Shown: positions 1-12,834 of the stretch, piece by piece
Layout of the letters: each line of letters starts with the position of its first letter
Position numbering within the stretch: position 1 is the stretch's first letter
Origin: Octopus vulgaris
Taxonomy: Eukaryota
Reading direction: 5' to 3'
DNA: 64,000 bases
Assembly: GCA_951406725.2 (NCBI GenBank)
Contig: OX597832.1
Coordinates: 60,822,001-60,886,000, forward strand
Notes under the pieces: model-generated
The model's database searches: none
Told to the model about the DNA's origin: nothing
Seen by the model: only the letters and a program-made list of their open reading frames with translations
Translations under genes and position numbers: made by a program

Positions 1-19
1 AACGATCAACGGAGACAAG

Positions 20-404
20 CATAGGAGCACTCCGTCGGTTGCGACGATGAGGGTCCCAGCTGATACGATCAACGGAACAGCTTGCTCGTGATATTAACGT
101 GCAAGTGGCTGAGCACTCCACAGAAACGTGTACCCTTAACGTAGTTCTCGGGGAGATTCAGCGTGACACAGAGTGTGACAAGGCTGGCCCTTTGAAATAC
201 AGGTACAAGAGAAACAGGAAGAAAGAGCGAGAGAAAGTTGTGGTGAAAGAGTACAGCAGGGTTCATCACCATCCTCTGCCGGAGCCTCGTGGAGCTTTAG
301 GTGTTTTCGCTCAATAAACACTCACAATGCCCGGTCTGGGAATCGAAACCGCGATCCTCCGACCGCGAGTCCGCTGCCCTAACCACTCGGCCATTGCGCC
401 TCCA
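20..404 (-). mobile_element. tRNA-derived SINE, head family H1, tail type 1
   Basis: Minus strand opens GGAGGCGCAATGGCCGAGTGGTTAGGGCAGCGGACTCGCGG...GGTTTCGATTCCC (A box/B box). Head and body are shared with 6033-6325, 24534-24834 and 34997-35250. Confidence 0.8.
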
Positions 405-534
405 CAAACGGGGACAAGCAGATGATTGACAGAACATGGAATGACGCAATGAGTGAAGCGAGGAACTGCGACCGCTGACACACTTCGACTGTCACGTGTG
501 TCTCAAGACGTGGGAGCTTCTAGGTAAGTAATCG

Positions 535-730
535 CTGGTGCGTCCAACAAAATGTTTGGCGGCATTTCTTCCGATTCTTTATGTTGTGAGTTCAAACTCC
601 GCTTAGGTCGACTTTGTCTTTCATCCTTTCGGGAGCGATAAAATAAATACCAGGCGAATACTGGGGTCTGTGCAATCGACTTACCCTCTCTTCCGAAATT
701 GATGGCCTTGTGCCAAAATTTGAAACCAAA
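535..730 (+). mobile_element. SINE with Nin-like core (family B)
   Basis: GAGTTCAAACTCCGC...GGTCGACTTTGTCTTTCATCCTTTCGGG...ATAAATAAATACCAG core, repeated more than 10 times in the window. Confidence 0.7.
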
Positions 731-1400
731 ATTTGTGTGGTTGTACAGGTGAAAAGATGAGGAAAGGAGAAAAGAAGAGCGCGTGTGCGTGTAGTGTGTA
801 CGTATGTGTGTGAACGTGCCGTCTTTCTCCTTGTGTTATAATATTTTTCATTTTTTTTTTAAGGCAATAGTGTGTGATTCGAGCAGGGTGTGGTTGTTAT
901 TTCTAGCCCGTGGAGCGATTACGTAAAGGCTGGCTCATTGGCACGAGAGAAACAGATGGACAGACGAGGTGAGAGAAGGAGAACGCAACAAGTTTATGAC
1001 TGTTTCTACCAATAACAGGTTTCCTAGAGTTAACAGTCATGAAAATATAAACGAAAGCGCTGTCGTCATCGATGTTAACCGGATATGGTACCCGGATTAC
1101 GAAACCGAAACTAGGACCCAGCACGTGAGAATGATTAGATTAAAACTACTTTAAATCCGATTCTTTTAATTTAAGTTTTTTTTTTATTCAACTTTTGTCT
1201 GTAATCTTTATGAACTGCGGCTATGCTGGAGCACTGTCTTAATAAATCGACCCTAGTTTTTGAAGTCTAGTCCTTATTCTATCGACTGTCTTTTACCGAA
1301 CCGCTAAGTGACGGGAGACATAAACCAACATTGGTTATCAAGCGGCAGAGTTGGAGAAACAGACACACACACACACACACACACACATACATTATTCTTT

Positions 1401-1563
1401 AGGCGTAGCCTTGCTTGTGTGGTACTTAGCCTGTTTACCAACAACATGGTTACAGGTTCAGTCCCACTGCGTGGTACTTTGGGCACGTGTCTTCTATTAT
1501 AGTCTCGGGCCGACCAAAGCCTTGTGAGGGGATTTGGTAGATGGAAACCGAAAGAAGTCCGTA

Positions 1564-1600
<37 letters not shown>

Positions 1601-1786
1601 CTTATGTGTACGTGCCTCTGTGTCTGTACCCCCTTATCACCGGAGTTGGTGTGTTTACGTCTCTGTAACTTACCGGTTCGGTAAAAAAAGACCGATAGAA
1701 TAAGTACTAGGGTTGATTCGTTCCACTAAAATTCTTCAATGCGGTGCTCCAGCATGACCGCGGTCTAATGACTGAAACAAATAAAA
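1401..1786 (+). mobile_element. SINE family A (head, internal TA/TG tract, tail)
   Basis: AACATGGTTACAGGTTCAGTCCCACTGCGTGG...GGAAACCGAAAGAAG...GGTGCTCCAGCATGACCGCGGTCTAATGACTGAAAC. About 20 copies or half-copies in the window; a minus-strand 3' half lies at ~1213-1365. Confidence 0.8.
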
Positions 1787-1845
1787 CATAAAAACAGTGG
1801 TATTCTAAGTTTCGGCTACCTAAGCCATCACTTGAGTAACACATA

Positions 1846-1924
<79 letters not shown>

Positions 1925-1929
<5 letters not shown>

Positions 1930-2220
1930 CTGATGCTCTTAGCTGAGACTTTTTGGGGGGCAACCAGACCGAACTGCCTCAAGTGTAGCTGCCCGAAACA
2001 GTAGACATCTGGTAACTTGACTGAAGAAAGACGGCCACGAATGACCCATCCTATTTTCCCCCTGTCCATCTAATTGTTGTTTCTCCTGTCCGCCTTTGTA
2101 TCGTTTATCTGTCCGAATGCTTTTATTGTCCTCTATTGCATTTTTGTTCTATTTTTTATATTTTTGTATACATATAGCGGCGTACGTACACACTTGTGTT
2201 CACCTTATAGTAAGTATATA
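1925..2220 (+). repeat. Interspersed repeat, possibly Penelope-LTR-like
   Basis: Homologous in the opposite orientation to 11020-11180, 11690-11850 and 12455-12640 (CTCAAGTGTARCTGYCCGAAA...ACTGAWGAAAGA...GACCCRTCC). Confidence 0.55.
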
Positions 2221-2224
2221 TATA

Positions 2225-2628
2225 TATCGTTGCTATTAAGCAAAAGTGTCGTAAATCCAAAACATTGCTTTTTCAGAAAATGAAAAAATATTTTCACCAT
2301 TCAATTTCTTTTTACATTGGCAACAGTTTCATCTTAACAATAATACTTTGTTGGGTGCATAAAATCGAAACACCATGCATGTATAATATTTTCAGTCAGA
2401 AATATTTTTTGCAAAACCGTCGTATGTGGGACTTACAGCACTTTTGGAAAATGCTAAACCGTTGTACTACACTTTGATAATTTTTCATATCTTGACAGCT
2501 GAAGAAGCTGGAGATACGGTACTTTAACCAAAAGAATTGGCTATTGCAAGCGAAATGAAACACTGAGAAAGAAAAATCGCATTTCGCCAGATTTGGGCAC
2601 ATGACAGTTTAACATAATAGCAACGATA
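2225..2628. mobile_element. MITE / non-autonomous DNA transposon
   Basis: Terminal inverted repeats ATATCGTTGCTATTA and TAATAGCAACGATAT, embedded in TA runs. Confidence 0.6.
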
Positions 2629-2638
2629 TATATATATA

Positions 2639-2848
2639 CAGGGTGACCCAAAAGTAGGTTTACAGTTATCACGTAGGTTCTTTAAATTGCTTTTAAAACA
2701 TTTTATTGCATTTATATTTCTATATTACAATTAACTAAATTAGCATAGAATAATGGTTTCATACTTTTTTTCATAAAAAAAGATCTAAGCTGTTAATATA
2801 TGAATACGAAAGAGATAGTTGAATAACTGTAAACCTACTTTTGGGCCA
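2639..2848. mobile_element. Tc1/mariner-type MITE
   Basis: TIRs CAGGGTGACCCAAAAGTAGGTTTACAGTTAT and ATAACTGTAAACCTACTTTTGGGCCA (right tip eroded), TA flanks. Confidence 0.7.
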
Positions 2849-2932
2849 TATATATATATGTACATATGTGTGTGTGTGTATACTCATATTATTTACATTT
2901 GACGGATATTTGTCCTCATCTTGTTTGTTGTT

Positions 2933-2978
2933 AACACAACGTTTCGGCTGATATACCCTTCAGCCTTCATCAGGTGTC
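2933..2978 (-). ncRNA. Minimal type I hammerhead ribozyme motif in a Penelope-LTR-like repeat (~2885-3030)
   Basis: Minus strand GACAC-CUGAUGA-A-GGCUG(aagggtatat)CAGCC-GAAA-CG-UU-GUGUU: stem I GACAC/GUGUU, 5-bp stem II, palindromic ACGU in place of helix III. Confidence 0.7.
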
Positions 2979-3036
2979 TTAGGCAAATTTTGAACCTCGG
3001 TTCTCATTCCTAAGGTATTTTTCGATGTTGTTGTTG

Positions 3037-3097
<61 letters not shown>

Positions 3098-3100
3098 CAT

Positions 3101-3305
3101 TCAGGAAAAATAATCCAGAATCCTCATCCGGTACCGGATCGATCCCCAAATCTAATCACTTCGTGCCAGTTACGAGGCCAAATATCCCTGAAAGTTTCAT
3201 CCGAATCCATCCAGCGGTTCTTGAGATATCTTGCCCGAAGCACAAACAATCAAACAAACACAACTGCAAACAATACCTCCGCCTTTGCTAAGGTACAGGT
3301 AATAA
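3101..3305 (+). mobile_element. Helentron/HINE (DINE-like) 3' fragment
   Basis: AAAGTTTCATCCGAATCCATCCAGCGGTTCTTGAGATATC, (CAAA)n tract and an imperfect terminal hairpin TACCTCCGCCTT...AAGGTACAGGTA. Confidence 0.5.
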
Positions 3306-3655
3306 GCCTTTCTATTATAGGTGCAAGACCTGAAATTTGTGGGGAGGGGACTAGTCAATTACATTGACCCCAGTGCTCTGCTCATGCTTTATATTATCGA
3401 CCCCGAAATGATGAAAAGGCAAAGTCGACCTTGGTGGCACTAGCGTAGCTAGAGTGTGTGCCGCTCGGGACGGCCCTTCCATTTGCCGCCACCGGACCCC
3501 ACAAAAAACACATATTGCTTACAGCAGATCCAAAAGTGCTGCCGTCCTAGCTACGCTAATGCTCGGTGGCATTTAAACTCAGAACGTAAAGATAGACAAA
3601 ATGTTTCTAAGCATTTTGTCCGACGCACTCAGCATCCTGTTAGATTTCCACCTCA
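3306..3655 (-). mobile_element. Family B SINE interrupted by a hAT-like MITE
   Basis: TCGACCCCGAAA...AAAGGCAAAGTCGACC resumes after 3569 as CATTTAAACTCAGAACG. Confidence 0.7.
3438..3561. mobile_element. hAT-like MITE
   Basis: TIRs CACTAGCGTAGCTAG and CTAGCTACGCTAATG; 8-bp TSD CTTGGTGG/CTCGGTGG. Confidence 0.75.
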
Positions 3656-4069
3656 ATTATAACGATAATTTTTAATTTCGGCACAAGGCCAGCAGTTTTG
3701 TGGAGAGGTGATAAGTCGATTACATCGACCTCAGTACTTCCCTGGTACTTTATTTTATGAAAGGCGAGGTTGGCCCTCACGGAATTTGAACTCAGAACGC
3801 AAAAGATCTGAAACAAACACACAAGATATCCCATCCTCCGCTTTGACTTATCTGCTTGTCTATCCCTGCCGCCGCTAGTTCGATAGTCTACCTGTCAAGC
3901 TCGAAGGGAAGTCGACACCCAAACCTACCCTCGTGGGATTTGAGCCCAGAATGTGAACAGACCCAAGATGTTATGCTGTATGTTACCTTACCGATTACGC
4001 CAGCTTGCATAATAATGATTTTCCGTAGTAATATTTCTCTCCCACCTCCCTACTCTCAACAGCTGCTAC

Positions 4070-4156
4070 TGATGGTGATGATGGTGATGATGGTGATGGT
4101 GATGGTGATGATGATGATGATGATGATGGTGATGGTGATGATGATGAAGATGATGA

Positions 4157-4190
<34 letters not shown>

Positions 4191-4350
4191 GATGGTGATG
4201 GTGGTTGTGATGATGATGATGATGATGATGGTGGTGATGATGATGATGATGATGATGGTGGTGATGATGATGATGATGATGATGAAGCTGCTGTTGCTTG
4301 AGACGCTCCAGCAGCAGCAGCAGCAGTATCAGCAGAAACAGCAGCAGCAG
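4070..4350. repeat. (GAT/GGT)n followed by (CAG)n microsatellite
   Basis: Directly visible; source of the poly-M, poly-H and poly-S ORFs. Confidence 0.95.
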
Positions 4351-4789
4351 TTTTGGTGGAGACCGCAATCAGCAGACGCAACGTCATCAACTATTTCGGG
4401 AATGACATCTTTGATTGGTCAGTTTCACCTAAACCGGTTACACATGGCGATTTTGCAGGTAAATCAAGCCTGTACTGCCGACATAGATACATGCCTTGCA
4501 TGTATGTATATGCATATACATACATGTGTAAGTCTCTCCCCACTCTCCTTCTCTCTCTTCATATACATATGTGTGTGTGTCTGTGTGTGTGTGTGTGCCT
4601 GTGTGTGTGTGTGTCTGTGTGCTGTTCTAGCACCAACTACCTGTTGAATCGTTGTGCACGCTTATTGATTGCACATTAGGCTAAGATGAACTGAAATTGT
4701 ACTACCTCGGTTTGTGTACATCTACCGTGTGTATGTGTGTTGGATGAAAGTATGCATGAATGCACCTGTCTGTCTGCCTCTCTCCGCCC

Positions 4790-4839
<50 letters not shown>

Positions 4840-4863
4840 GTCTATCTATCTATCTGTCTATCC

Positions 4864-5001
<138 letters not shown>

Positions 5002-5234
5002 CTATCTAGCTAGCTATCTATCTATCTATCTCGCCGGGTAAGTATAATACATGTTATGTATGTATGCGTGTATAAAAGTGTATGCATAAACACACATTCA
5101 AATGTATGTATAACACACATATATATATTTATGTATGTATGTGTGTATGTATGTAGTTATGTATGTATGTATACGCATATGTATATAAATACTTTTATGT
5201 ACGTACACCCCATGCACTTACATACACATATATT

Positions 5235-5297
<63 letters not shown>

Positions 5298-5475
5298 GCA
5301 CACTCGCGCATATGCATGCCTGTATATCAGTGTTTGAATGTGTGCATGCGTGAATGCATGAGTTTGTTCGTGCGTGTACGAATGTGTGTGTTGGATGCGC
5401 GCCTGAATGTGAAGCTATATAACTCTTCAGTTCTATATTTAAGAGATGAAGAATTATGTACATTACTCTTTTACT

Positions 5476-5682
5476 CTCTTTTACTTGTTTCAGTAACGTG
5501 ACTGTGGCCATGCTGGAGCACCGCCTTTAGTCGAGCAAATCGACCCCAGGACTTATTCTTTGTAAGCCTAGTACTTATTCTATCGGTCTCTTTTGCCGAA
5601 CCGCTAAATTACGGGGACGTAAACACACCGGCATCGGTTGTCAAGCGATGTTGGGGGGACAAACACAGACACACAAACATAT

Positions 5683-5759
<77 letters not shown>

Positions 5760-5888
5760 CATATATACATATATACGACGGGCTTCTTTCAGTTTCCGTC
5801 CACCAAATCCACTCACAAGGCTTTGGTCGAACCGAGGCTATTGTAGAGGACACTTGCCCAAGGTGCCACGTAGTGGGACTGAACCCGG
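5476..5888 (-). mobile_element. SINE family A
   Basis: Reverse complement of the family A sequence with internal (TA)n; 5' tip missing. Confidence 0.8.
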
Positions 5889-5945
5889 ACATTATTTACA
5901 TTATTTATATTTGACGGATATTTGTTGTCATCTTTGTGTATTGTC

Positions 5946-5991
5946 AACACAACGTTTCGGCTGATATACCATCCAGTCTTCATCAGGTGTC
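5946..5991 (-). ncRNA. Hammerhead motif, second copy of the 2933 family (repeat ~5892-6020)
   Basis: GACAC-CUGAUGA-A-GACUG...CAGCC-GAAA-CG-UU-GUGUU; one mismatch in stem II. Confidence 0.6.
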
Positions 5992-6032
5992 TTGGGGAAA
6001 TTTCGAACCTAGGTTCTCCTATATATATATAT

Positions 6033-6323
6033 ATCACCGTGATCACCGTGACCGACCAGGCTATCAGATGTTGCTACACATCGCTGGTCACAATGCGCTT
6101 CGCATTGTTTAAGCCTTCAAATGACGCCACCCAGAAGAAAGAGTGAGAGAAAGTTGTGGCGAAAGAGTACAGCAGGGTTCGCCACCACACACTGCCAGAG
6201 CCTCGTGGAGCTTTAGGTGTTTTCGCTCAATAAACACACACATCGTCCGGTCTAGGAATCGAAACCGCGATCCTACAGCCGCGAGTCCGCTGCCCTAACC
6301 ACTGGGCCATTGCGTTGCGCCTC

Positions 6324-6325
<2 letters not shown>
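6033..6325 (-). mobile_element. tRNA-derived SINE, head H1, tail type 2
   Basis: H1 head; tail ...GCGAAGCGCATTGTGACCAGCGATGTG...GGTCGGTCACGGTGATCACGGTGAT, as at 24534-24834. Confidence 0.8.
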
Positions 6326-6368
<43 letters not shown>

Positions 6369-6686
6369 GACGGGCTTCTTTCAGTTTCCGTCTACCAAAT
6401 GTCTAACGACACACAAGATGAGGACATATATCCGTCAAATGTAAATAATGTATATGACTCTTATCGTCTATTTAAGCGTCCCAGCTTATCATCTTCTCCT
6501 CATTTGATCACCTTCAATGTACGTTTATTTTTTACCACTTTTCTAACACAGTTATTGTTTCTTGGGGTCATATAAAGCAACCGCTTCGTTCCTTTGTCCG
6601 TTCTTGGTCGGTTTCTATACCAACAACTACTCGTTACTTTAGCAACTGTTACGTGCTGTTAAAGAAAGATTGACTTTAGTTCAACA

Positions 6687-6731
6687 GCGGCTGACGAAGT
6701 GAACAATCAACGAAACATCGTGATGTTCCAG
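6687..6731 (+). ncRNA. Candidate hammerhead motif (separate family)
   Basis: GCGG-CUGACGA-A-GUGA(acaa)UCAAC-GAAA-CAUC(gu)GAUG-UU-CCAG; stem III is good, stem I is weak. Confidence 0.4.
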
Positions 6732-6931
6732 ATATTGTGGTAAATATTCAATACTTTTCAAATATGGTATATTTGAGGTACATTTTGCCGTTCTTCTTTG
6801 ATGTGAATAGAATTAAAGTCATAGCACCTACTACCTGTTGGGTATCTTACTGAGTAAATATCATGATGAGGCCAACTAAATTTCTGTTGCCTAGATTCAA
6901 GTGTGTTTATCGAATATATATATATGCGTGT

Positions 6932-6970
<39 letters not shown>

Positions 6971-7075
6971 TGTGTGTGTGTGCGCGTGCGTGCATGTGTA
7001 TGTATATACATAAGCGTGTAAATACATAAATGTATATATGTATATATATATATGAGTGGTTCTTGGTGGTATGTA

Positions 7076-7480
7076 GCAGGGGTGGCTCGGTGGTATGTAG
7101 CTTGCTTCACAACTACATGGTTCCAGGTTCAGTCCTGGAGCAAGTGTCTCCTACTGTAGCCTCGGACCGACCAAAGCCTTGTGAAACTGAAAGAAGCTCG
7201 TCGCGTCTACACCACATGTCTTTGTCTATGTGTGTGTGTCTGTGTGTGTGTGTATGTATGTATGTATGTTTGTGTGTATGTGTTTGTCCTCCTACCACCA
7301 CCACCATCGCTTGACAACCGTAGGTGTGTTCACGTTCTCGTAACATAGCGGTTCGGCAAAAGACCACCAATAGAATAAGTACTAGGCTTACAAAGAATAA
7401 GTCCAGGGGTCGATTTCTTCGACTAAAGGCGGTGCTCCAGCATGGCCGCAGTCAAATGACTGAAACGAATAAAAGAAGAA
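7076..7480 (+). mobile_element. SINE family A (internally deleted)
   Basis: CTACATGGTTCCAGGTTCAGTCC...GGCGGTGCTCCAGCATGGCCGCAGTCAAATGACTGAAAC. Confidence 0.8.
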
Positions 7481-7759
7481 AAAGAGAAGAATATATGTAT
7501 AGTATATAAATTATCTACAAATAGCTCAAATGTAAAATACATGGAAATGCGACGGTGAGAAAGACAACGTAGAGTGTTAGCAAGAGAGAGAGAGAAATGT
7601 AGAAAGGGTAAGTAAAAAGAGAAGCTAGAGAGCAAGAGAGGGTGGAAGGAGACGCGGGTGAAGGGAGAGGGGTGTATTTATTTAATCGTTCGTCTGGTAA
7701 ATGTTCATGTGAAACAATGGTTTTACGTTGAGACTTTCTGGACCAGAGCCCGTCCTTAT

Positions 7760-8550
7760 AGAAATGGGTGTATATACATACGTTTGTGTGTGAGGATGTC
7801 AATAGGTTGTGCGTACTTGTGTGTGTGTGTGTGCGTGAGTGCTTGCATATCTGTGCGTGATTTGTGTGTATGTGCTTGTGTATGTGTGTGTGTGTCTTGG
7901 TGTGTACGTACGTGTGTGCGTGAGTGCGCGTATATGTGTGTGTCTTTGTGAATGTATCTATGTATGTGCTTGCATATCTATGCGTGATTTGTATGTGCTT
8001 GTGTATGTGTGAAGGGGTGCCTTTGTGTGTGCGTGTGTGTATGTGTACGCGCACGCGCGTGCCTATGTCCATAGACGTGTACATGTGTCCGCATCTGCAT
8101 GTATGCGTTTGTATGCGCATGTGTCTGTGCATAGATATTCATGATGTGTGTGTGTACGTGTGCATGTGTGTATGGGTATGTTTGTGTCCGTATACGCACA
8201 ATATGTTTGTATCTGCCTGCTTCTGTGCGTGTGTCTCTATGTTTTTGCAATTTTATACGGGATTTCTGCGTACGTGTATGTTTAAGCCATTGTATGGCGA
8301 GTGTGCGTGTGTATGTATGTACGCGTGTATGTTTGCGTCTGTGTGTGTGCATCTCTATGCTTCATTATAGGTGATTTACGTGTGCATGTGTGTACGCGCG
8401 CGTCTGCAGGTATGCACATATCCATTTGCGTGTGCGTGTGTCTGTGTGATTACATATTAATACGTGACCTCCATCTCCGCGCGCGCGCGCGCGTGTGCAT
8501 GTGTGTGTATGCGTGTATGTGTGATTACATATTAATACGTGACCTCTATC

Positions 8551-8623
<73 letters not shown>

Positions 8624-9207
8624 CTTTGTGCATGCGCATTATTTTACGCTTGTGCGCGTGTATATATGAGTATGTAATTGCATATATAGATATATGTGTC
8701 TCTGAATGCATGTATGTTTTTCTGTTCGTGCATTGTATGTATGTAAATGTGTGCGCATGTCTCTATTAATAATTCTGTACGTGTAATTTGTATGTGTTTG
8801 TGCTTGTATATCTATATGTGTATGTCTGTATATGTACGTAACCTTTGTATGTATTAAGTGCGTATGTATATGTATGTACTGTACGTCTATTTGTTAATAT
8901 GCGTATGTGCTTTCATACCTGCGTATATATTTATGATTTTGTGTATGTGTGCTTTTGCATTTCCGTGGGAATGCTAGTACTTGCAGTACGTATACATGTC
9001 CGTATGTGTATGTATGTGTATAGTGTGTGTGTGCGTTAGATTATATGTGTATGTATGTGGTGGTGTGTATATTTTTGTATATGTGTGTGTGTCAAATTGT
9101 GGCGTGGGATGTAACTATTGGCTTTGTAACAGGTAAGGGAAGAAGACGAATTATATATATATATACACACACACACACAAACACGCACACACACACACGC
9201 ACGCATG

Positions 9208-9246
<39 letters not shown>

Positions 9247-9250
9247 TGTT
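7760..9250. repeat. Degenerate (TG/TA/CG)n low-complexity tract
   Basis: Directly visible. Confidence 0.85.
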
Positions 9251-9724
9251 ATTTTGTCTACGATCGTGTCAACATCACTCTTCACTTTAGCATCAACGCC
9301 GATCTGTAATAAATACGGCGAACATTTTTTTAATGGCATTCTTTGCCATTTAGGAGAATATAACTCGCTAATTACACTCTCCAAACACAGACACACACAG
9401 ACGCACACTCACGCGCGCGCGCACGTGTGTGTGTATGGTGCGTGTGGGTGTGCTTGTACGTTTAAGAATGTATATTTTTTTATGTAGATGTGCAGCTAAT
9501 AACGAAAAAACATCGGAATATTTGTAACATCATCTACGACAAACGAACTCCGTATCTACTTTAAACTGTACTGTCCTGCTACCCGCTACACCAGGGTGAC
9601 ATCCCGCAAATGACCATCCGAATTAGGAGACTTAATGTAACCAGTAACCAGTTATGATTACATAATTCCAGCTTCTTGTCAAAAAGGACCTCAGTCACAC
9701 ACTCTCAAAGTATATGTGTGTGTT

Positions 9725-9775
<51 letters not shown>

Positions 9776-9985
9776 GTGTGTGTATGTATGTGTGTGTGCG
9801 AAAAATCCAAATGGTGCGCTGAAGGGGTGACGAGTCGGCAAGAGGTTTGGGCACAATAGAAAAATTTCACACCTTATTTTGATGCTTCACGTGGTTTGAC
9901 AACAATTTTGTTTGACCAGTTTTCTGACACACATGTATATTACATTATTAATGTAAACTGCATATACCGATTACACTTTTTATGT

Positions 9986-10037
<52 letters not shown>

Positions 10038-10861
10038 AATATATATGAATATATATGAAACGGCGAAAATGCAACATCACTGATAGGAATCGCACGTAAG
10101 TCGTATAGCAATGCTCAGTCAAGAGTTACCCATTATCAGCTGTCGATCAGTAACCAAGGCAATTTCGGCACATCCCGACAGTATCGCTCCCTCCAGCGAT
10201 GCCAAACAACATTGAAGCGCCTGAAGATTCTCGGGTTCTATCGTCCTCTAAACTGTGGCGTCATTTTCCTACTAGTATTGAAGACGACATGTTTACCAAC
10301 ATATTCCTAAGCACAATCCTCTCAAGCACCGCGCCAAAAAACAAGCAAAAAGAAAACTACATGCTACAGCTATCGAGGACTTGTTATTTGCTCTCAGCTT
10401 TGGGTATTTCATTCCCATTCTTCCATCCTTGCGTAAACGGGAATATTCGCTCATACGCTTGCAACAGAATGAATACTACAAAAGGCAATCGAATCTTTTA
10501 CCCCAGGCGATGGATGGATTATATTATCATTAAACAATTTCAGAATACAAAGAATTGGGAACTAAATACCAGTAGGTTCTCAGCTCGTCCAACGCTCGAA
10601 CTATGTCATCAAGCCACACCGCCTTAGACTGGTACTTTATTCTACTAATCCCGTAGATGATAAAAGACAAAGTTGACGTCGGCGAGATTTGAACTCAGAA
10701 CGCAATCAACCAGAACAAATACCGCAAAGCATTATGTCTACGCTCTAACGATTCTGCCAGTTCGCTGTCTGTGGAGGTTGTTTTTAATGATGATTACACC
10801 CAGGTCAGCTCTGACTAAGCAGATTTGTGATAAAAAATTATTTAACCATAGGCACAAGCAT

Positions 10862-11015
10862 GGCAGAAACGTCAGCGCGCCGGGCGAAATGCGTAGCCGT
10901 ATTTCGTCTGCCGTTACGTTCTGAGTTCAAATTCCGCCGAGGTTGACTTTGCCTTTCATCCTTTCGGGGTCGATAAATTAAGTACCAGTTACGCACTGGG
11001 GTCGATATAATCGAC
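10862..11015 (+). mobile_element. Family B SINE (a second, minus-strand copy lies at ~10626-10750)
   Basis: GGCAGAAACGTCAGCGCGCCGGGCGAAATGC...CTGAGTTCAAATTCCGCCGAGGTTGACTTTGCCTTTCATCCTTTCGGGGTCGATAAATTAAGTACCAG. Confidence 0.8.
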
Positions 11016-11933
11016 AGACAGGGAAAGAATTAGAGGGACAGGAAAAAGAAGGACGGGTAATTCGTAGCCTTCTTTCATCAGTAAAGTTTCTAGATGATCC
11101 TTACAATTTCGGACAGTTACACTTGAGACTGTTCAAATCTTGTTGCCACCAAAAAAGCCGATGATAAGAGCTTTAGATTTTTTGTAAGAAAGCTAACGAA
11201 TGTGTACGACAAGAAAAAAGACAAAAAACGGAGAACATGTTACACAATCACAAGTACAAACAATAAGAATATAACAACAGGTGGCTTTCGACTAATGAGG
11301 ATGAATCAAATTGCGCTGGCATGTATGAAGTGAAAGCCTAAAGACAGGAACATAGGAGATGGACATAAGAGGTGTTGGCGGTCGGCAGTCAAGCCAAGAA
11401 AGAAAGATCATGGCTGGATAAACACCGGTCTGTGGAAGGAGGTGAGAGGGGCAGGGGCAGAAGGATTGAAGGATTAAGGGAAGAACGGGAAAGAGAGAGA
11501 AAGAGAAAAGTACAAGTGAGATAAACGACGGGGAAAAGTAGGAATTAAAGAAAGAGAGGGCCAAGAAATGTGAGAGAGGGGGAGCGAGAAAAAGAAAAAG
11601 AGGGCCAAGAAATGTGAGAAAGGGGAAGCGAGAACAAGAAAAGAAGAAAGTATGAGGTGGACCAAAATAGAGAGTAAAAGAATCGTACAAAATTTAAATA
11701 CATACTTATAAGGTGAGCAAAAGTGTACGTACGCCGCTATATGTATATATATATAGATATAAAAAAATGAAACAAAAACGCAATAGAGGACAATAAAACA
11801 TCCGGACAGATAGACGATACAAAGGCGGACACAAAAAAACAACAAACAGAGGTTGTCTTTGTATATATATACGCTTTCGGTGCGAAAGGTCTTTTTATAC
11901 GCGCAGAATTTACAATCCTGTAACTAATAATAA

Positions 11934-12164
11934 TGGTATTTTTATATAAGCTTAAGGCTTATAGCGATCACTGTACAATGACTAAGGAAAATAGTCTAAT
12001 AAAGGAGCGTATAAGCCCTTGGCAGAAAAAAGAAGGCCTTCCTCCCACACGGATAGGAAAGCCCTCTTTTTTCTGTCGAGGGCTTATATGCATCTTTATC
12101 ATACTATTTTCCTTGGTCATTGCATAGTGAACGCCATAAGCTTTAAGCTTATATATAAATACCA
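11934..12164. repeat. Diverged inverted repeat, ~110-bp arms, 11-nt spacer
   Basis: 11934-12043 is the imperfect reverse complement of 12055-12164 (TGGTATTT...CCTTCCT / AGGAAAG...AAATACCA). Confidence 0.85.
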
Positions 12165-12284
12165 CACACACACACACACACTCACACACACACACATATA
12201 TATATATAGGTAAAAACGGTAAGATAACAAAAGAAAGAAAGAGACCTCAATATTATGTAAATAGAGGAAATTTTTCAGATGGCC

Positions 12285-12347
12285 AGATAACCGAAGAGAT
12301 GGAGTTGCGGATTTCCATCTCGGCATCCGAAACTCAGAGTTTTATCT
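12285..12347 (+). ncRNA. Degenerate hammerhead motif
   Basis: AGAUAA-CCGAAGA-GAUGGA...UCCAUC-UCGGCAUCC-GAAA-CUC(a)GAG-UU-UUAUCU: stems I and III intact, core U>C change. Confidence 0.45.
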
Positions 12348-12372
12348 TGGCTATTGAAGAATTGTCACATAT

Positions 12373-12455
<83 letters not shown>

Positions 12456-12834
12456 ATGGAACAAAAACGCTATAGAGATAAAATATCCGGATAGACAGAC
12501 GATACAAAGGCGGGCAGGAAAACAACAATTAGAGGGACAGAAAAAAAAAAGGACGGGTCATTTGTGGCCTTCTTTCATCAGTAAAGTTTCTAGATGGTCC
12601 TTACAGTTTCGGGCAGTTACACTTGAGACTGTTCCAATAGTTTATATATATATATATATATATACACAGTTGATAGGCCTGTTACTGCATTATTTGCCCT
12701 GTCATAGCATTTCTTATGGACTTACTGTATTAAAAGTACAATAATCATCAGAGAGAGAGAGAGAGAAGAAAATTCGTCCTCTGCAACGGTCACCGGAAGC
12801 GCCAGATGCATAAATAGCGTATACTGGACATATG

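Noticed and set aside
10199-10627. 142-aa ORF in non-repetitive sequence
   Set aside because: No recognisable motif or supporting splice structure.
11050-11130. Hammerhead in the 1925/11020/12455 repeat family (CTGATGAAAGAAGG)
   Set aside because: No GAAA with pairing stems downstream of the core in any of the three copies.
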